Below the pieces are notes generated by a model that was not told the DNA's origin, did not search any database, and saw only the letters and a list, made by a program, of their open reading frames with translations. A stretch of DNA of 64,000 nt from Actinomycetota bacterium (lineage in GTDB: Bacteria; Actinomycetota; Acidimicrobiia; Spongiisociales; ZC4RG35): contig JBKHKD010000015.1 of the NCBI GenBank assembly GCA_046537785.1, positions 846-64,845 of the forward strand. The letters run 5' to 3'. Below are positions 20,202-29,644 of this stretch, one piece after another. Made by a program: the position numbers and the translations under genes. The first letter of the stretch is position 1; every line of letters starts with the position of its first letter.

Positions 20202-20768
20202 TCAGTTCCCCGGTAGCTCCATCCAACCGCTGACACGATCGAGCAGGTATTCGCTGACCTCACGGGCGTTGTCCAGCACCGCGCACAATTGCTCACGCCC
20301 CATGAGGATGTCGACCAGGCTCACCTGGCTCTTCCCGGTGAGCTGCAGCCTCCGTTCGGGCGCGTCCGTCACATCCGAATACGAGTCGACGGCCGAGACT
20401 TCCACCGGCAGGTCGATGCCGCCGAGGCCTGCCAGATCGGTCGCCAACACCAACAGGTCGGGCGGATCATGCAGCGGGGGCACCGCCCAGTTGAAGTAGA
20501 GATCGAGGAAGAACTCGTCCGGTGGCTCTTCGAAATCGGACATCTCCTCGAGGCGGGACCGGAGCGCGAGCAGCACGTTCGGATTCACGTCGAGAGCGAC
20601 ATGGAGATCGATGGGTCCGCCACAGCCTGCCTCCGGGTGGACGTCCACCTCCCAGGACTGCCGCAACGAGTAGGTCTCCACGAAATGTCTCTCGTCGTGG
20701 ACGTGAAAGCCATGGTCGGTGGCGTGTTCCTTGAAGTCGGCGATGAAGCCGGGGATGTCGATGGCCAT
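20202..20768 (-). CDS. Hypothetical acidic protein
   Basis: 188-aa ORF with host-like codon usage; no family recognised. Confidence 0.75.
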   Translation of the reverse strand: MAIDIPGFIADFKEHATDHGFHVHDERHFVETYSLRQSWEVDVHPEAGCGGPIDLHVALDVNPNVLLALRSRLEEMSDFEEPPDEFFLDLYFNWAVPPLHDPPDLLVLATDLAGLGGIDLPVEVSAVDSYSDVTDAPERRLQLTGKSQVSLVDILMGREQLCAVLDNAREVSEYLLDRVSGWMELPGN

Positions 20769-20812
20769 CTGGCACGGAGGTTATTGGCTGTCGGCCATTG
20801 AAGCCAAGGGGA

Positions 20813-21795
20813 TCAGTCCCGGCGACGCCACCCTACGAAGAGCCCGGCGAGGAAGGCGAAGACGGCGGCCAGGGGGGCCGACCTGTCCGGTTCGGCCACC
20901 ACGACCTCGGGGGAGTTCGCCGCCCCGACTGTCGAGTCACCTCGCCGTTGCCGAGATAGCGGTCGTAGACCTTGGTCACCTCCGCACCAAAGAGAAAGAC
21001 CGACGAGAGGATGAACGCCAGGAGCAGGATAATGAAGATCGACCCCGCCACCCCGGCCGCGGTGGCGCCAGCCCGCTCAAAGTAGAGCCCGGCCCCGTAG
21101 GCCGCCACCAGAAAGAGCACCGAGGTGAAAAACGACCCCCACCACACCGCCCGCCAGCGCACCTTGACCCGGGACAGGACCTGGAATGAGAGGCCGATTA
21201 CCAGCGGCAAGACCACCAGCGACACAACCGGAGCGAGGATCCCGATGAGCCGGTGAATTGGCGCGAGGTCCTCCGGAAACAAGCCGCCAAGGAAGTTCCA
21301 GACGAAGTTCAACAGCCAGACTCCGATCAGAACGAGGCCGAGCCCCAGGGCGAAGAGAAACCCGATCCCGCGTTTGCGGATAAAGGCCAGGACACCGGTC
21401 GTCCGATCATGGGGAACGTGGAAGATGTCATCGAGACTGTTCTGTAACTCCATAAAGAGACTGGACGCCGTCCAGAGCAGTAAGACGAACCCGAGCGCTC
21501 CAGCGGCGCCCCCGGTGTCCTCGACCGAACTCAGGACATCATTGACTGCTAAGGCGACCTCAGCTCCCGCGTACCGCTCGACGGCATCGAAGATCTGGGC
21601 CTGGGCCTCAAAGTTGCTGCCGATGAACACCCCAAACACGAACACAGCTAGGAGGAAGAGTGGGGCTAAGGCAAAGATCGCCCGGTAGGCGACGGCGGCG
21701 GACATGCGGGCAACACGATCTTTTCCATACTCCTTGCCGGCGACCTTCAGCAACTCGAAACCCGTGCCGGCGGTCTGCTTGAGTCTGTCAAACAT
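20813..21795 (-). CDS. YihY/BrkB family membrane protein (probable -1 frameshift near 20923-20926)
   Basis: SAAVAY…FALAP and LFGAE motifs. Adding one G gives the C-terminus AANSPEVVVAEPDRSAPLAAVFAFLAGLFVGWRRRD* ending at 20813. Confidence 0.85.
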
Positions 21796-21831
21796 CGGTG
21801 GTCAGGCTATCCGCACATAAGATCATTTCCG

Positions 21832-22854
21832 ATGAACCACCCGTTCGAAGCACCCGTCGAGACCATGGAGGCGAAAGTCTCCGAGAAGTGGCCGAAGGGC
21901 GAGTATGTCTATGAGCCGAAGTGGGACGGCTTCCGCTCGCTTTCCTGGTCGGCGCCTGAGATTCACATCGACTCCAGGAACAAACGGCCCCTGCTGCGCT
22001 ACTTCCCGGAGCTCCAACCTGCCCTCGAGCAACTGCCCGATGGCACGGTTGTCGACGGCGAGATCGTGGTCGTCGTCGACGGGGCAATCCAATTCGACGC
22101 CCTGCAACAGCGGATTCACCCCGCCGAGTCGCGGATCGAGCTGCTGTCCAGAGAGACCCCGGCCGAGTTGGTGGCGTTCGACCTGCTCGCCGTCGGTGGA
22201 GAGGACCTGCGGGACACGCCGTTCTCGGAGCGCCGGGAGCGACTCGTGGACCTGTTTTCAAGTCTCCAGTACCCGTGGCACCTGACCCCGCAGACCGACG
22301 ACGAGGACACCGCCCGGGCATGGTTCGACGAGTTCGAGCCAGCGGGATGCGACGGGATCATCGCCAAGAAGCCAGATCTCTCCTACCAGCACGGCAAGAG
22401 GGCGATGATCAAGATCAAGCATCGGCGCACCATCGACGTTGTCGTCGGAGGGTTCCGGGAGCACAAAGACGGCGGGAAGATCGGGTCACTTCTCCTCGGT
22501 CTCTACAACGACGACGGCGACTTTCATTTCATCGGGCATTGCTCGGGCTTCCCCAATACCGACCGGGTCGAGATCTATGAGCGGTTCAAGGAGCTCGAAG
22601 CCGATGAGAGCTTCGATGCAGCCGCCCGCGCCCCCGGAGCAGAGAGCCGCTGGTCGGCCGGCAAGGACAGCTCATGGACACCGGTGCAACCAGGGGTGGT
22701 GGTCGAGGTGAGCTACGACCAGCTGGAAGGCGACCGATTCCGTCACGCGTCCCGTTTCCACCGCTGGCGTCCCGACAAGGACGCCGCCGCCTGCACCATG
22801 GACCAGTTGGAACGTCCCGCCGGCGCCAGCTTCGGCGAGGTGGTGGACAGCTAG
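21832..22854 (+). CDS. ligC: ATP-dependent DNA ligase, LigC type
   Basis: Motif I EPKWDGFR, DGEIV, AFDLL, GSLLLGLY, WRPDK; compact 340 aa. Confidence 0.9.
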   Translation: MNHPFEAPVETMEAKVSEKWPKGEYVYEPKWDGFRSLSWSAPEIHIDSRNKRPLLRYFPELQPALEQLPDGTVVDGEIVVVVDGAIQFDALQQRIHPAESRIELLSRETPAELVAFDLLAVGGEDLRDTPFSERRERLVDLFSSLQYPWHLTPQTDDEDTARAWFDEFEPAGCDGIIAKKPDLSYQHGKRAMIKIKHRRTIDVVVGGFREHKDGGKIGSLLLGLYNDDGDFHFIGHCSGFPNTDRVEIYERFKELEADESFDAAARAPGAESRWSAGKDSSWTPVQPGVVVEVSYDQLEGDRFRHASRFHRWRPDKDAAACTMDQLERPAGASFGEVVDS

Positions 22855-22858
22855 GGGC

Positions 22859-22907
22859 CTTCTGTGTCGATTTACCGGTCGGAGACACCGGTAAATCGAC
22901 ACAGAAG
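22859..22907. repeat. Perfect 21-bp inverted repeat (REP-like or terminator)
   Basis: CTTCTGTGTCGATTTACCGGT-cggagac-ACCGGTAAATCGACACAGAAG. Confidence 0.9.
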
Positions 22908-22977
22908 CGGACCCACGGGCGGTCTCGGGGTGATCCCTGATTCTCACTGGAGTCGGGTCGTGGCACACTGCCCGAGA

Positions 22978-23895
22978 ATGAGCCAGGAGAATGTTGTCGA
23001 GATCGCCGGGCTGACCCACGACTACGGAGAGGTCGTGGCCCTGCGCAATCTGGACCTTCAGATCCCACCGGGCGTCACCGGTCTGGTGGGCGCCAACGGC
23101 GCTGGAAAGACCACGATGCTGCGTCTCATCCTCGGGCTCCTCCGTCCCACCAGCGGTGGGATGACGGTGATGGGCCACGACCCGCACAGCGAGCCTCTCG
23201 AAGTACGCGCCCGGCTCGGCTACATGCCGGAAGGGAGCTGCCTGCCGAAGGACCAGACCGCGGCCGACTTCGTCGCCTATGCCGCCCAACTGGCGGGAAT
23301 TCCACCGAGCGAGGCGCGACGCCGCTCCTCAGAAACCCTGTTCTTGGTTGGGCTGGAAGAGGAACGGTTCCGCTATCTGGGCGACTTCTCCACCGGTATG
23401 CAGCAGCGAGTGAAGCTGGCTCAGGCGATCGTCCACGATCCGGATCTTCTCCTGCTGGATGAACCCGCATCCGGTCTGGACCCGGCGGGAAGGACCCAGA
23501 TGCTCCAACTAATTCGTCGCCTCGGGGAATTCGACATCAACGTCATCGTCAGCTCCCACGTGCTCACCGACATCGAGGACACCTGCAACTGGGTCGTGAT
23601 GCTCGACGCCGGCGACCTGCTCCGCTCAGGTCCCCTGGGAGGATTCGAGAAACAGGGCACGGTCCAGGTGGAAGTGGTCACGTCTGCCGAGCGGGTGGCG
23701 GAGCAGCTCACCAACCGTGGCTTTCAAGTGATCGTGGATGGGCCACGACTGGTCGTCGGTCCCGGAGACCAGGCTCTTGAGCAAGCGATCCTGGAGGAAA
23801 CCGCGGCAGTAGAAGCCGGGTTGGTGCGGATGATCCGCGGCTCGGCCTCCCTCGAGGACCTCTTCCTCCAGCCGAGCGAGGGGCAAGCGTCATGA
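22978..23895 (+). CDS. ABC transporter ATP-binding protein
   Basis: GANGAGKTT, FSTGM, LLLDEP; ATG 22978. Confidence 0.95.
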   Translation: MSQENVVEIAGLTHDYGEVVALRNLDLQIPPGVTGLVGANGAGKTTMLRLILGLLRPTSGGMTVMGHDPHSEPLEVRARLGYMPEGSCLPKDQTAADFVAYAAQLAGIPPSEARRRSSETLFLVGLEEERFRYLGDFSTGMQQRVKLAQAIVHDPDLLLLDEPASGLDPAGRTQMLQLIRRLGEFDINVIVSSHVLTDIEDTCNWVVMLDAGDLLRSGPLGGFEKQGTVQVEVVTSAERVAEQLTNRGFQVIVDGPRLVVGPGDQALEQAILEETAAVEAGLVRMIRGSASLEDLFLQPSEGQAS

Positions 23896-24773
23896 CCGAT
23901 CAGGTCATCTACGACCGCGGGTATCGGACCTACGAGGGGGAGCGCACCGGGCCGGCGGGCGCCCGCAAGGCCGTCTACAAAGACGGCATACGTCGCGTCC
24001 TCGGACTGGGCCGCAAGGCGCGGGCCAAGATCTACCCATGGGTCATGATCGGAATCGCCATGGCGATGGCCGCCATCGTCATCGGAGTCCACTGGCTCAT
24101 CGGAGACATCGCCCAATCGCTGGCCGAGGGGGTGCCTTCGTACGGTGAGCTATTCGACATGTACAGCTGGATCGGCCTGCTGTTCATCGCCTTCGCCGGC
24201 CCCTGGCTGTTGATCCCGGATCGCACTCAGGGCGTCCTCTCGGTCTACTTCTCCCGGCCCCTGACGGTGAACGGCTATCTGACGGCCAAGGTTGGAGCTT
24301 TCTCGACCGTCGTCGGGGCGATCTACCTGGTGCCTCAGATCGTGCTCCACATAGGGCTGGGGCTGATCTCCAACGACGGCTTCACTGCCTATGTAGGCGA
24401 CAACCTGGACGTGCTCTGGAAGGTTCCGGTCACCACAATTGCCTTCATTGCGATGCACGGCGCCCTCGCCTTTCTGCTGGCTTCGGTGATAAACCGCCCG
24501 GGGATTGCCTCGGCTGCCTTCCTCGGTGTCCTCATCCCGGGACGGTTTATCGCAGCCCAGGTCTCCGAGGCGACGTTTCCGGGGGCCCGCTGGACCTCGC
24601 TCGCCGCGTTCGATCACCTACCTCGTGTGATCCGTGACGCACTGTTCCGCAACACCGTCACTTACCCGGCGGAGGCAGCCGGGTTCGACGGTTGGACGGC
24701 GGCGGCGGTAATCGCGGTTGTAGCGCTGCTCTCGGCGATCTTCGTCTGGGCGAGGTACCGCAGGTTGGCATGA
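23892..24773 (+). CDS. ABC-2 type permease
   Basis: Multi-TM, LIPDR…YFSRPL…YLTAK motif. Confidence 0.85.
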   Translation: MTDQVIYDRGYRTYEGERTGPAGARKAVYKDGIRRVLGLGRKARAKIYPWVMIGIAMAMAAIVIGVHWLIGDIAQSLAEGVPSYGELFDMYSWIGLLFIAFAGPWLLIPDRTQGVLSVYFSRPLTVNGYLTAKVGAFSTVVGAIYLVPQIVLHIGLGLISNDGFTAYVGDNLDVLWKVPVTTIAFIAMHGALAFLLASVINRPGIASAAFLGVLIPGRFIAAQVSEATFPGARWTSLAAFDHLPRVIRDALFRNTVTYPAEAAGFDGWTAAAVIAVVALLSAIFVWARYRRLA

Positions 24774-25687
24774 GCAACACCATCGCAGTGCGCGACCTCT
24801 CGAAGTGGTTCGGCCCGAAGGTGGCCGTGAGCGAGGTGACCATCGGCTTCGCACCCGGGGTCACCGGGCTCCTGGGTCCCAACGGGGCGGGCAAGACCAC
24901 TCTCATGCGGGTGATTGCCGGACTTCAGGTTCCCTCTCAGGGCTCTGTGTCGATTCTCGGCAAGGATCCCCGGAAGGATCCTTCCATCTACGAGAAAATG
25001 ACTCTCGTACCCGAGGACGAGGCGGTGTACGAGCACCTCACCGGTCGTCAGTTCATCGAGCTGGCGGCCCGGCTCGCCAGGGTTACCGAGCCCAAGGCCC
25101 GCGCCCGGGAAGTGCTCGAGATCGTCGAGCTCACTGACGCCGCCGACCGGGCCCTGAGCGGCTACTCCAAAGGCATGAGACAAAGGGCCAAGGTGGCGGC
25201 GGCATTGGTACCCGACCCGGAGGTGCTGCTCCTCGACGAGCCGCTCAACGGTGCCGACCCGGTGCAGAGAGCACAGCTGATCAGACTGTTCAGGGAGTTG
25301 GGAGCGGCGGGGAGGACCGTAGTCGTTTCCTCGCACGTCCTCCGTGAAGTGGAACGGATGGCTGACACGGTGATCGCCATAGTCGACGGGAGACTGGCGG
25401 CGGTCGGCACCATCGCCACGATCCGGGCCGCGATGACCGACAAGCCACGGCAGGTCTTCGTCGACTGCTCCGACCCCAGACTGTTGGCTTCGCTGCTGAT
25501 AGGGACACCAAACGTGATCGGGGTCCAGGTCAATGGGGCTCAGCTGATGATCGAGGCTTCCGATGCCAGGGAGGTGGCCCTGGCGCTGCCCTCCCTCGCC
25601 GTCGGCAACGGCGTCACCATTTCGAGGGTCGAGCCCGCCGACGAGTCGCTCGAATCCGTCTTCCGCTATCTGGTCGAAGGACGCTGA
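24770..25687 (+). CDS. ABC transporter ATP-binding protein
   Basis: GPNGAGKTT, YSKGM, LLLDEP; ATG 24770. Confidence 0.95.
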   Translation: MSNTIAVRDLSKWFGPKVAVSEVTIGFAPGVTGLLGPNGAGKTTLMRVIAGLQVPSQGSVSILGKDPRKDPSIYEKMTLVPEDEAVYEHLTGRQFIELAARLARVTEPKARAREVLEIVELTDAADRALSGYSKGMRQRAKVAAALVPDPEVLLLDEPLNGADPVQRAQLIRLFRELGAAGRTVVVSSHVLREVERMADTVIAIVDGRLAAVGTIATIRAAMTDKPRQVFVDCSDPRLLASLLIGTPNVIGVQVNGAQLMIEASDAREVALALPSLAVGNGVTISRVEPADESLESVFRYLVEGR

Positions 25688-26415
25688 TGGCTCTCACCGT
25701 CCATCTCTATCACCGGCTGATGCAGAAGACGAGAGTCATCTGGCTGGTTCTCCTCGCCGCCGTCCCCGGCTTCATCTTTGCCATCGTCGGCATCGACCTG
25801 GACCCGGACGACCTCTCCGAGGCCTTCGTCGGGATAATGCTCTCCGTTGGCTTCACCTATGCCCTGGCCGCCCTCATCCTGACTGTGTCGACACTGCGCG
25901 ACGAGCGCGATGAAGGCACCCTCCCCTACATCTACATGCGGCCCATCTCGCGGCTCTCGCTCGCGGTGTCGTCGCTGCTGGCGGGGATGCTGGCTGCGGT
26001 CACGATCGCGCTCGGTGGCTGGTTGGCTACCGTCCTCGCCGGGCTCGTCCACGGCGCCGACCTGGCGATCATCGTCCCCGGAGCCGCGCTGCTTCTGGCC
26101 GCAGCGGTCGGCTACGCCGCCATCTTCGTCCCCGTCGGCTATCTGTTCTCCCGATCGGTCCTGGTGGGTCTCGGCTACCTGATAATCGTCGAACTCGCAC
26201 TGTCGGGCCTGGTCACAGGGTTGGCCCAGATCTCCATATGGAGAATCGCGGCGTCGATCTATGTGGACCTGGTCGACACGACCGGGCTCCCGGTCGAGGA
26301 GGCCCTGGGGGCCGTGGCCCCCGGAGTAGGAGGCGGGATGGCGAAGCTGGGAGCGATCCTCGTCCTGGGCACCGCGGTGCTCACCTGGGCCTTGCGCACC
26401 CGGGACGCGCTCTAA
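25687..26415 (+). CDS. ABC-2 type permease
   Basis: DERDEGTLPYIYMRPISR motif, six TM segments. Confidence 0.85.
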   Translation: MALTVHLYHRLMQKTRVIWLVLLAAVPGFIFAIVGIDLDPDDLSEAFVGIMLSVGFTYALAALILTVSTLRDERDEGTLPYIYMRPISRLSLAVSSLLAGMLAAVTIALGGWLATVLAGLVHGADLAIIVPGAALLLAAAVGYAAIFVPVGYLFSRSVLVGLGYLIIVELALSGLVTGLAQISIWRIAASIYVDLVDTTGLPVEEALGAVAPGVGGGMAKLGAILVLGTAVLTWALRTRDAL

Positions 26416-26418
26416 CTC

Positions 26419-27420
26419 TCAGTACTCGTCGTCGGCGCGGCGTTGCTTCGAGGGCTGGACGCGGGGCGGTTCCCCGGGCATCTTGGGATAGTGCGGCGGC
26501 CAGGGAGCGTCTCCGATCCCGCTCTCCTCGTCGCGGTGCACCCACTCCATGAGGGTGTCAATCCGGCCGTGGGCCTCATCGATCCCTGCAGTGAGATCCC
26601 CAACTGCCTCCCATCTCTCGGGGAACGCGTCGAGCGGGAAGTCCTCGATACGGATGTCGTCCAGCTCGTCCCAGGTGAACGGGGTCGACACGAAACCGGT
26701 GGGACGTACCCCATAAGCCGACGACACCGTTTTGTCCCGGGCGTTCTGGTTGTAGTCGATGAAGACCCCGCGACGCTCCTCCTTCCACCAACTGGTAGTC
26801 ACCAGCCCTTCCATGCGTCGCTCGAGCTCCCGGGCGAAGGCAAGCACCGCTCGCCGGGTCTGGAAGAAATCCCAGATGGGCTCGATGCGAACATACACGT
26901 GGATGCCCCTGCTGCCCGAGGTCTTGGGCCAGCCGACCAAACCCAACTCGTCGAGCAGAGCCTTCGCCCCGGCAACGGCCTCCTTGACTTCAGGGAACCC
27001 GAACCCGTCGGTGGGATCGAAGTCGAGTCTGAGCTCGTCGGGGTGGTCGATGTCATCGGCCCGCACCGGCCACGGGTGGAAGTCGAGACAACCGAGCTGG
27101 GCCAGCCGGATCACGTCCGCCTGGCTGACGGGCACGTTCATGCGGCCTGGTCGCTGCGAAGGGAACCTGATCTGGACCGTCTCGAAGGGTGTGTTCTTCG
27201 AAGCGCGCTTCTGATAGATCGGGTCGACGGTCACGTCTTTCATATATCGCTTCAGCATCGTGGGCCGTCGGGCGATGCCACGGGCGGCGCCTTCGGCGAC
27301 CAATAGGAAGTGCTCGATGACGTCGCCCTTGGTCCAGCCCTGATCCGGAAACACGACCCGATCGGGTGAGGAAACTCTCACCTCCTCCCCTCCGACCTCC
27401 ACCGTGATGTGGTCAGCCAT
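26419..27420 (-). CDS. Standalone LigD-type primase-polymerase (Prim-PolC-like)
   Basis: PDELRLDFDP, KTSGSRGIH, FIDYNQNA, C-terminal PPHYPKMPGEPPRVQPS. Confidence 0.92.
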   Translation of the reverse strand: MADHITVEVGGEEVRVSSPDRVVFPDQGWTKGDVIEHFLLVAEGAARGIARRPTMLKRYMKDVTVDPIYQKRASKNTPFETVQIRFPSQRPGRMNVPVSQADVIRLAQLGCLDFHPWPVRADDIDHPDELRLDFDPTDGFGFPEVKEAVAGAKALLDELGLVGWPKTSGSRGIHVYVRIEPIWDFFQTRRAVLAFARELERRMEGLVTTSWWKEERRGVFIDYNQNARDKTVSSAYGVRPTGFVSTPFTWDELDDIRIEDFPLDAFPERWEAVGDLTAGIDEAHGRIDTLMEWVHRDEESGIGDAPWPPHYPKMPGEPPRVQPSKQRRADDEY

Positions 27421-27528
27421 CCCGACCTTTTGCATCGCTCACGAAACCCGCAGATTAGGGAGAACCCCGGTAAGTGAGCCGAGTTCGTCCCAGTGCCCTC
27501 GATCTCCGAGTACCACCGCGGTGGGGCG

Positions 27529-29112
27529 CTACTTGTAGAAAGGCAGCCGTTTCAGGATCCGGAGCAATGACCCCAGCAGCTTCTGGTAGGTCTCGTAGTC
27601 GAGACCCGCCGGAGGGGTGAAGGCGGCACCGAACTTCTGCGCAGCGACGGTCTGGGACTCGGTGTACTTGAGCAGACCTTCGGCGCCATGGCGGCGACCC
27701 AACCCCGAGGCCTTCATCCCTCCCATCGGCGCGTCATAGCTCGACCATGTCGCGGCGTAGCCGTCGTTGACGCCCACGGTTCCCGCCTCCAACTGCGACG
27801 CCACAGCCACGCCACGGCTGGTGTCCCGGGTCCAGACACTGAAGTTGAGGCCGAGGTCCGAGTCATTCGCCATGGCGACGGCGTCTTTGAGGTCGCCATA
27901 GGGGTAGATCGACACCACAGGACCGAACGTCTCGCTCCGGCACAGCAACATTCCCTCATCGACGTCGGTCAACACCGTCGGCTCGTAGAAGAGAGGCCCG
28001 ACATCAGGTCTTGGATTGCCCCCTGTGAGGAGACTGGCTCCCGAGGCAACCGCATCCTCGACATGGGAGTGAACCTTCTCCAGATCGTCCTGGGTGATCA
28101 TCGCGGACAGCGCCGAGGAGAAGTCGAACGATCGGGTCAATGGAAGAGCTCTCGAGTAGTCGACAAACCGCTGAGTGAACTCGTCGCTGATCGTCTCGTC
28201 GACGTAGATGCGCTCCATCGCGATGCAGAGCTGTCCTCCATTTGCGTAGACGGCGCGTGCGATGCCCGGGATCGTCCTGTCGAGGTCTGCGTCTGCCATG
28301 ACGATCGCCGCGTTCTTGCCCCCGAGTTCCATCGACGAGCCGATGAGACGCTCTCCTGCCTGTGCGGCCACCTGACGCCCAACATCGGTGGAACCGGTGA
28401 ACTGGATGAAGTCGACGCCGTCGATGATTGTCGAACCTATCTCGGCCCCGTAGCCCGTGACGACCTGGAGCACGCCGTCGGGCAGGCCGGCCGCGGCGAG
28501 GAGAGATGCGCCATAGAGCATCGAGAAGGGCGTCTTCTCGTCGGGCTTGCTGATCACCGTGTTCCCAGCGAGCAGGGCAGGGATGATGTCGGAGATCGCG
28601 AGCGTGAAGGGGAAGTTCCAAGGCGTTATGTTGCCAACCACGCCCCGGGGATGCCGGTATTCGTAGGCGACGGTCATGCCGGGAAGCGAAACCGCCCGTC
28701 TTTTCCTCCTCAGGAGCCCGGGACCCGTGTTCATGTAGTAGCGGGTGGCGGCCACGGTGTCATACACTTCTTCGAAGGCAGGGATGCGCGCCTTCCCCGC
28801 CTCAAGTTGGATTATGTCCATGGCGACGTTGGCGCGCTCGATCAGCAGATCGTGAAAGCGGGAGAGGATGGCCACCCGCTCCCGCATCGGTGTCTTCGCC
28901 CACTCCACCTGCGTCTCCCTCGCCCGGTTGAGGATCGGGGCAAGATCGTCAGTGGTGGCATGGGGAACCCTTCCAATCGTCTCACTGGTGAAAGGGGCGA
29001 TGATGTCTATCGACGAGGAGCCCGCCGACGGCACGGCACTCCCGGCTCCAAGAGTCTCCAACAGTGACTCCGTCACGTTGGGGGCAAGCGCCGTTTGTGT
29101 GCCGACGACCAT
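27529..29112 (-). CDS. Succinic semialdehyde dehydrogenase-like aldehyde dehydrogenase
   Basis: PWNFP, FTGST, MELGGKN, GQLCIA catalytic Cys, ETFGP. Confidence 0.9.
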   Translation of the reverse strand: MVVGTQTALAPNVTESLLETLGAGSAVPSAGSSSIDIIAPFTSETIGRVPHATTDDLAPILNRARETQVEWAKTPMRERVAILSRFHDLLIERANVAMDIIQLEAGKARIPAFEEVYDTVAATRYYMNTGPGLLRRKRRAVSLPGMTVAYEYRHPRGVVGNITPWNFPFTLAISDIIPALLAGNTVISKPDEKTPFSMLYGASLLAAAGLPDGVLQVVTGYGAEIGSTIIDGVDFIQFTGSTDVGRQVAAQAGERLIGSSMELGGKNAAIVMADADLDRTIPGIARAVYANGGQLCIAMERIYVDETISDEFTQRFVDYSRALPLTRSFDFSSALSAMITQDDLEKVHSHVEDAVASGASLLTGGNPRPDVGPLFYEPTVLTDVDEGMLLCRSETFGPVVSIYPYGDLKDAVAMANDSDLGLNFSVWTRDTSRGVAVASQLEAGTVGVNDGYAATWSSYDAPMGGMKASGLGRRHGAEGLLKYTESQTVAAQKFGAAFTPPAGLDYETYQKLLGSLLRILKRLPFYK

Positions 29113-29185
29113 GTCACAACGTTAGAGAACGAGGTTGGTAAAGGCCTGGCCTCCTCACCCGGCCCCGTCGTAGACTCCCCCTTCC

Positions 29186-29644
29186 ATGGGTCGGGTCCAC
29201 CAGATCAACACCAGCAATGGCGGCGTGCCCAAGCTGGCGGTCGACAGCGCCGTGGTCGATGCCACCGGTGTGGTTGGCGACGAGCAGGCCGACAAAGTGC
29301 ACCATGGCAGCCCTGACCAGGCGCTCTGTCTCTACTCGCTGGAGGTGATCGAGACGCTCCGCTCCGAGGGACACTCGATAGCACCCGGGGCGGCCGGCGA
29401 GAACATCACCGTGTCCGGGCTGGACTGGCAACAGGTGGTGCCGGGAAGCCGGATGAAGATCGGACCCGTCGAGGTCGAGATCACCTATTACGCCACACCG
29501 TGCACCAAGAACGCCCAATGGTTCAAGGACGGGAAGTTCAACCGCATGCACGCCAGCAAACACCCAGGGGAATCCCGGGTCTATGCGCGGGTACTCGAGG
29601 GCGGGCCCGTAGCCACGGGCGATCCCGTCGAGTTATTCGCTTGA
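29186..29644 (+). CDS. MOSC domain protein
   Basis: GGVPK, HHGSPDQA, GENIT, TPC…K. Confidence 0.9.
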   Translation: MGRVHQINTSNGGVPKLAVDSAVVDATGVVGDEQADKVHHGSPDQALCLYSLEVIETLRSEGHSIAPGAAGENITVSGLDWQQVVPGSRMKIGPVEVEITYYATPCTKNAQWFKDGKFNRMHASKHPGESRVYARVLEGGPVATGDPVELFA

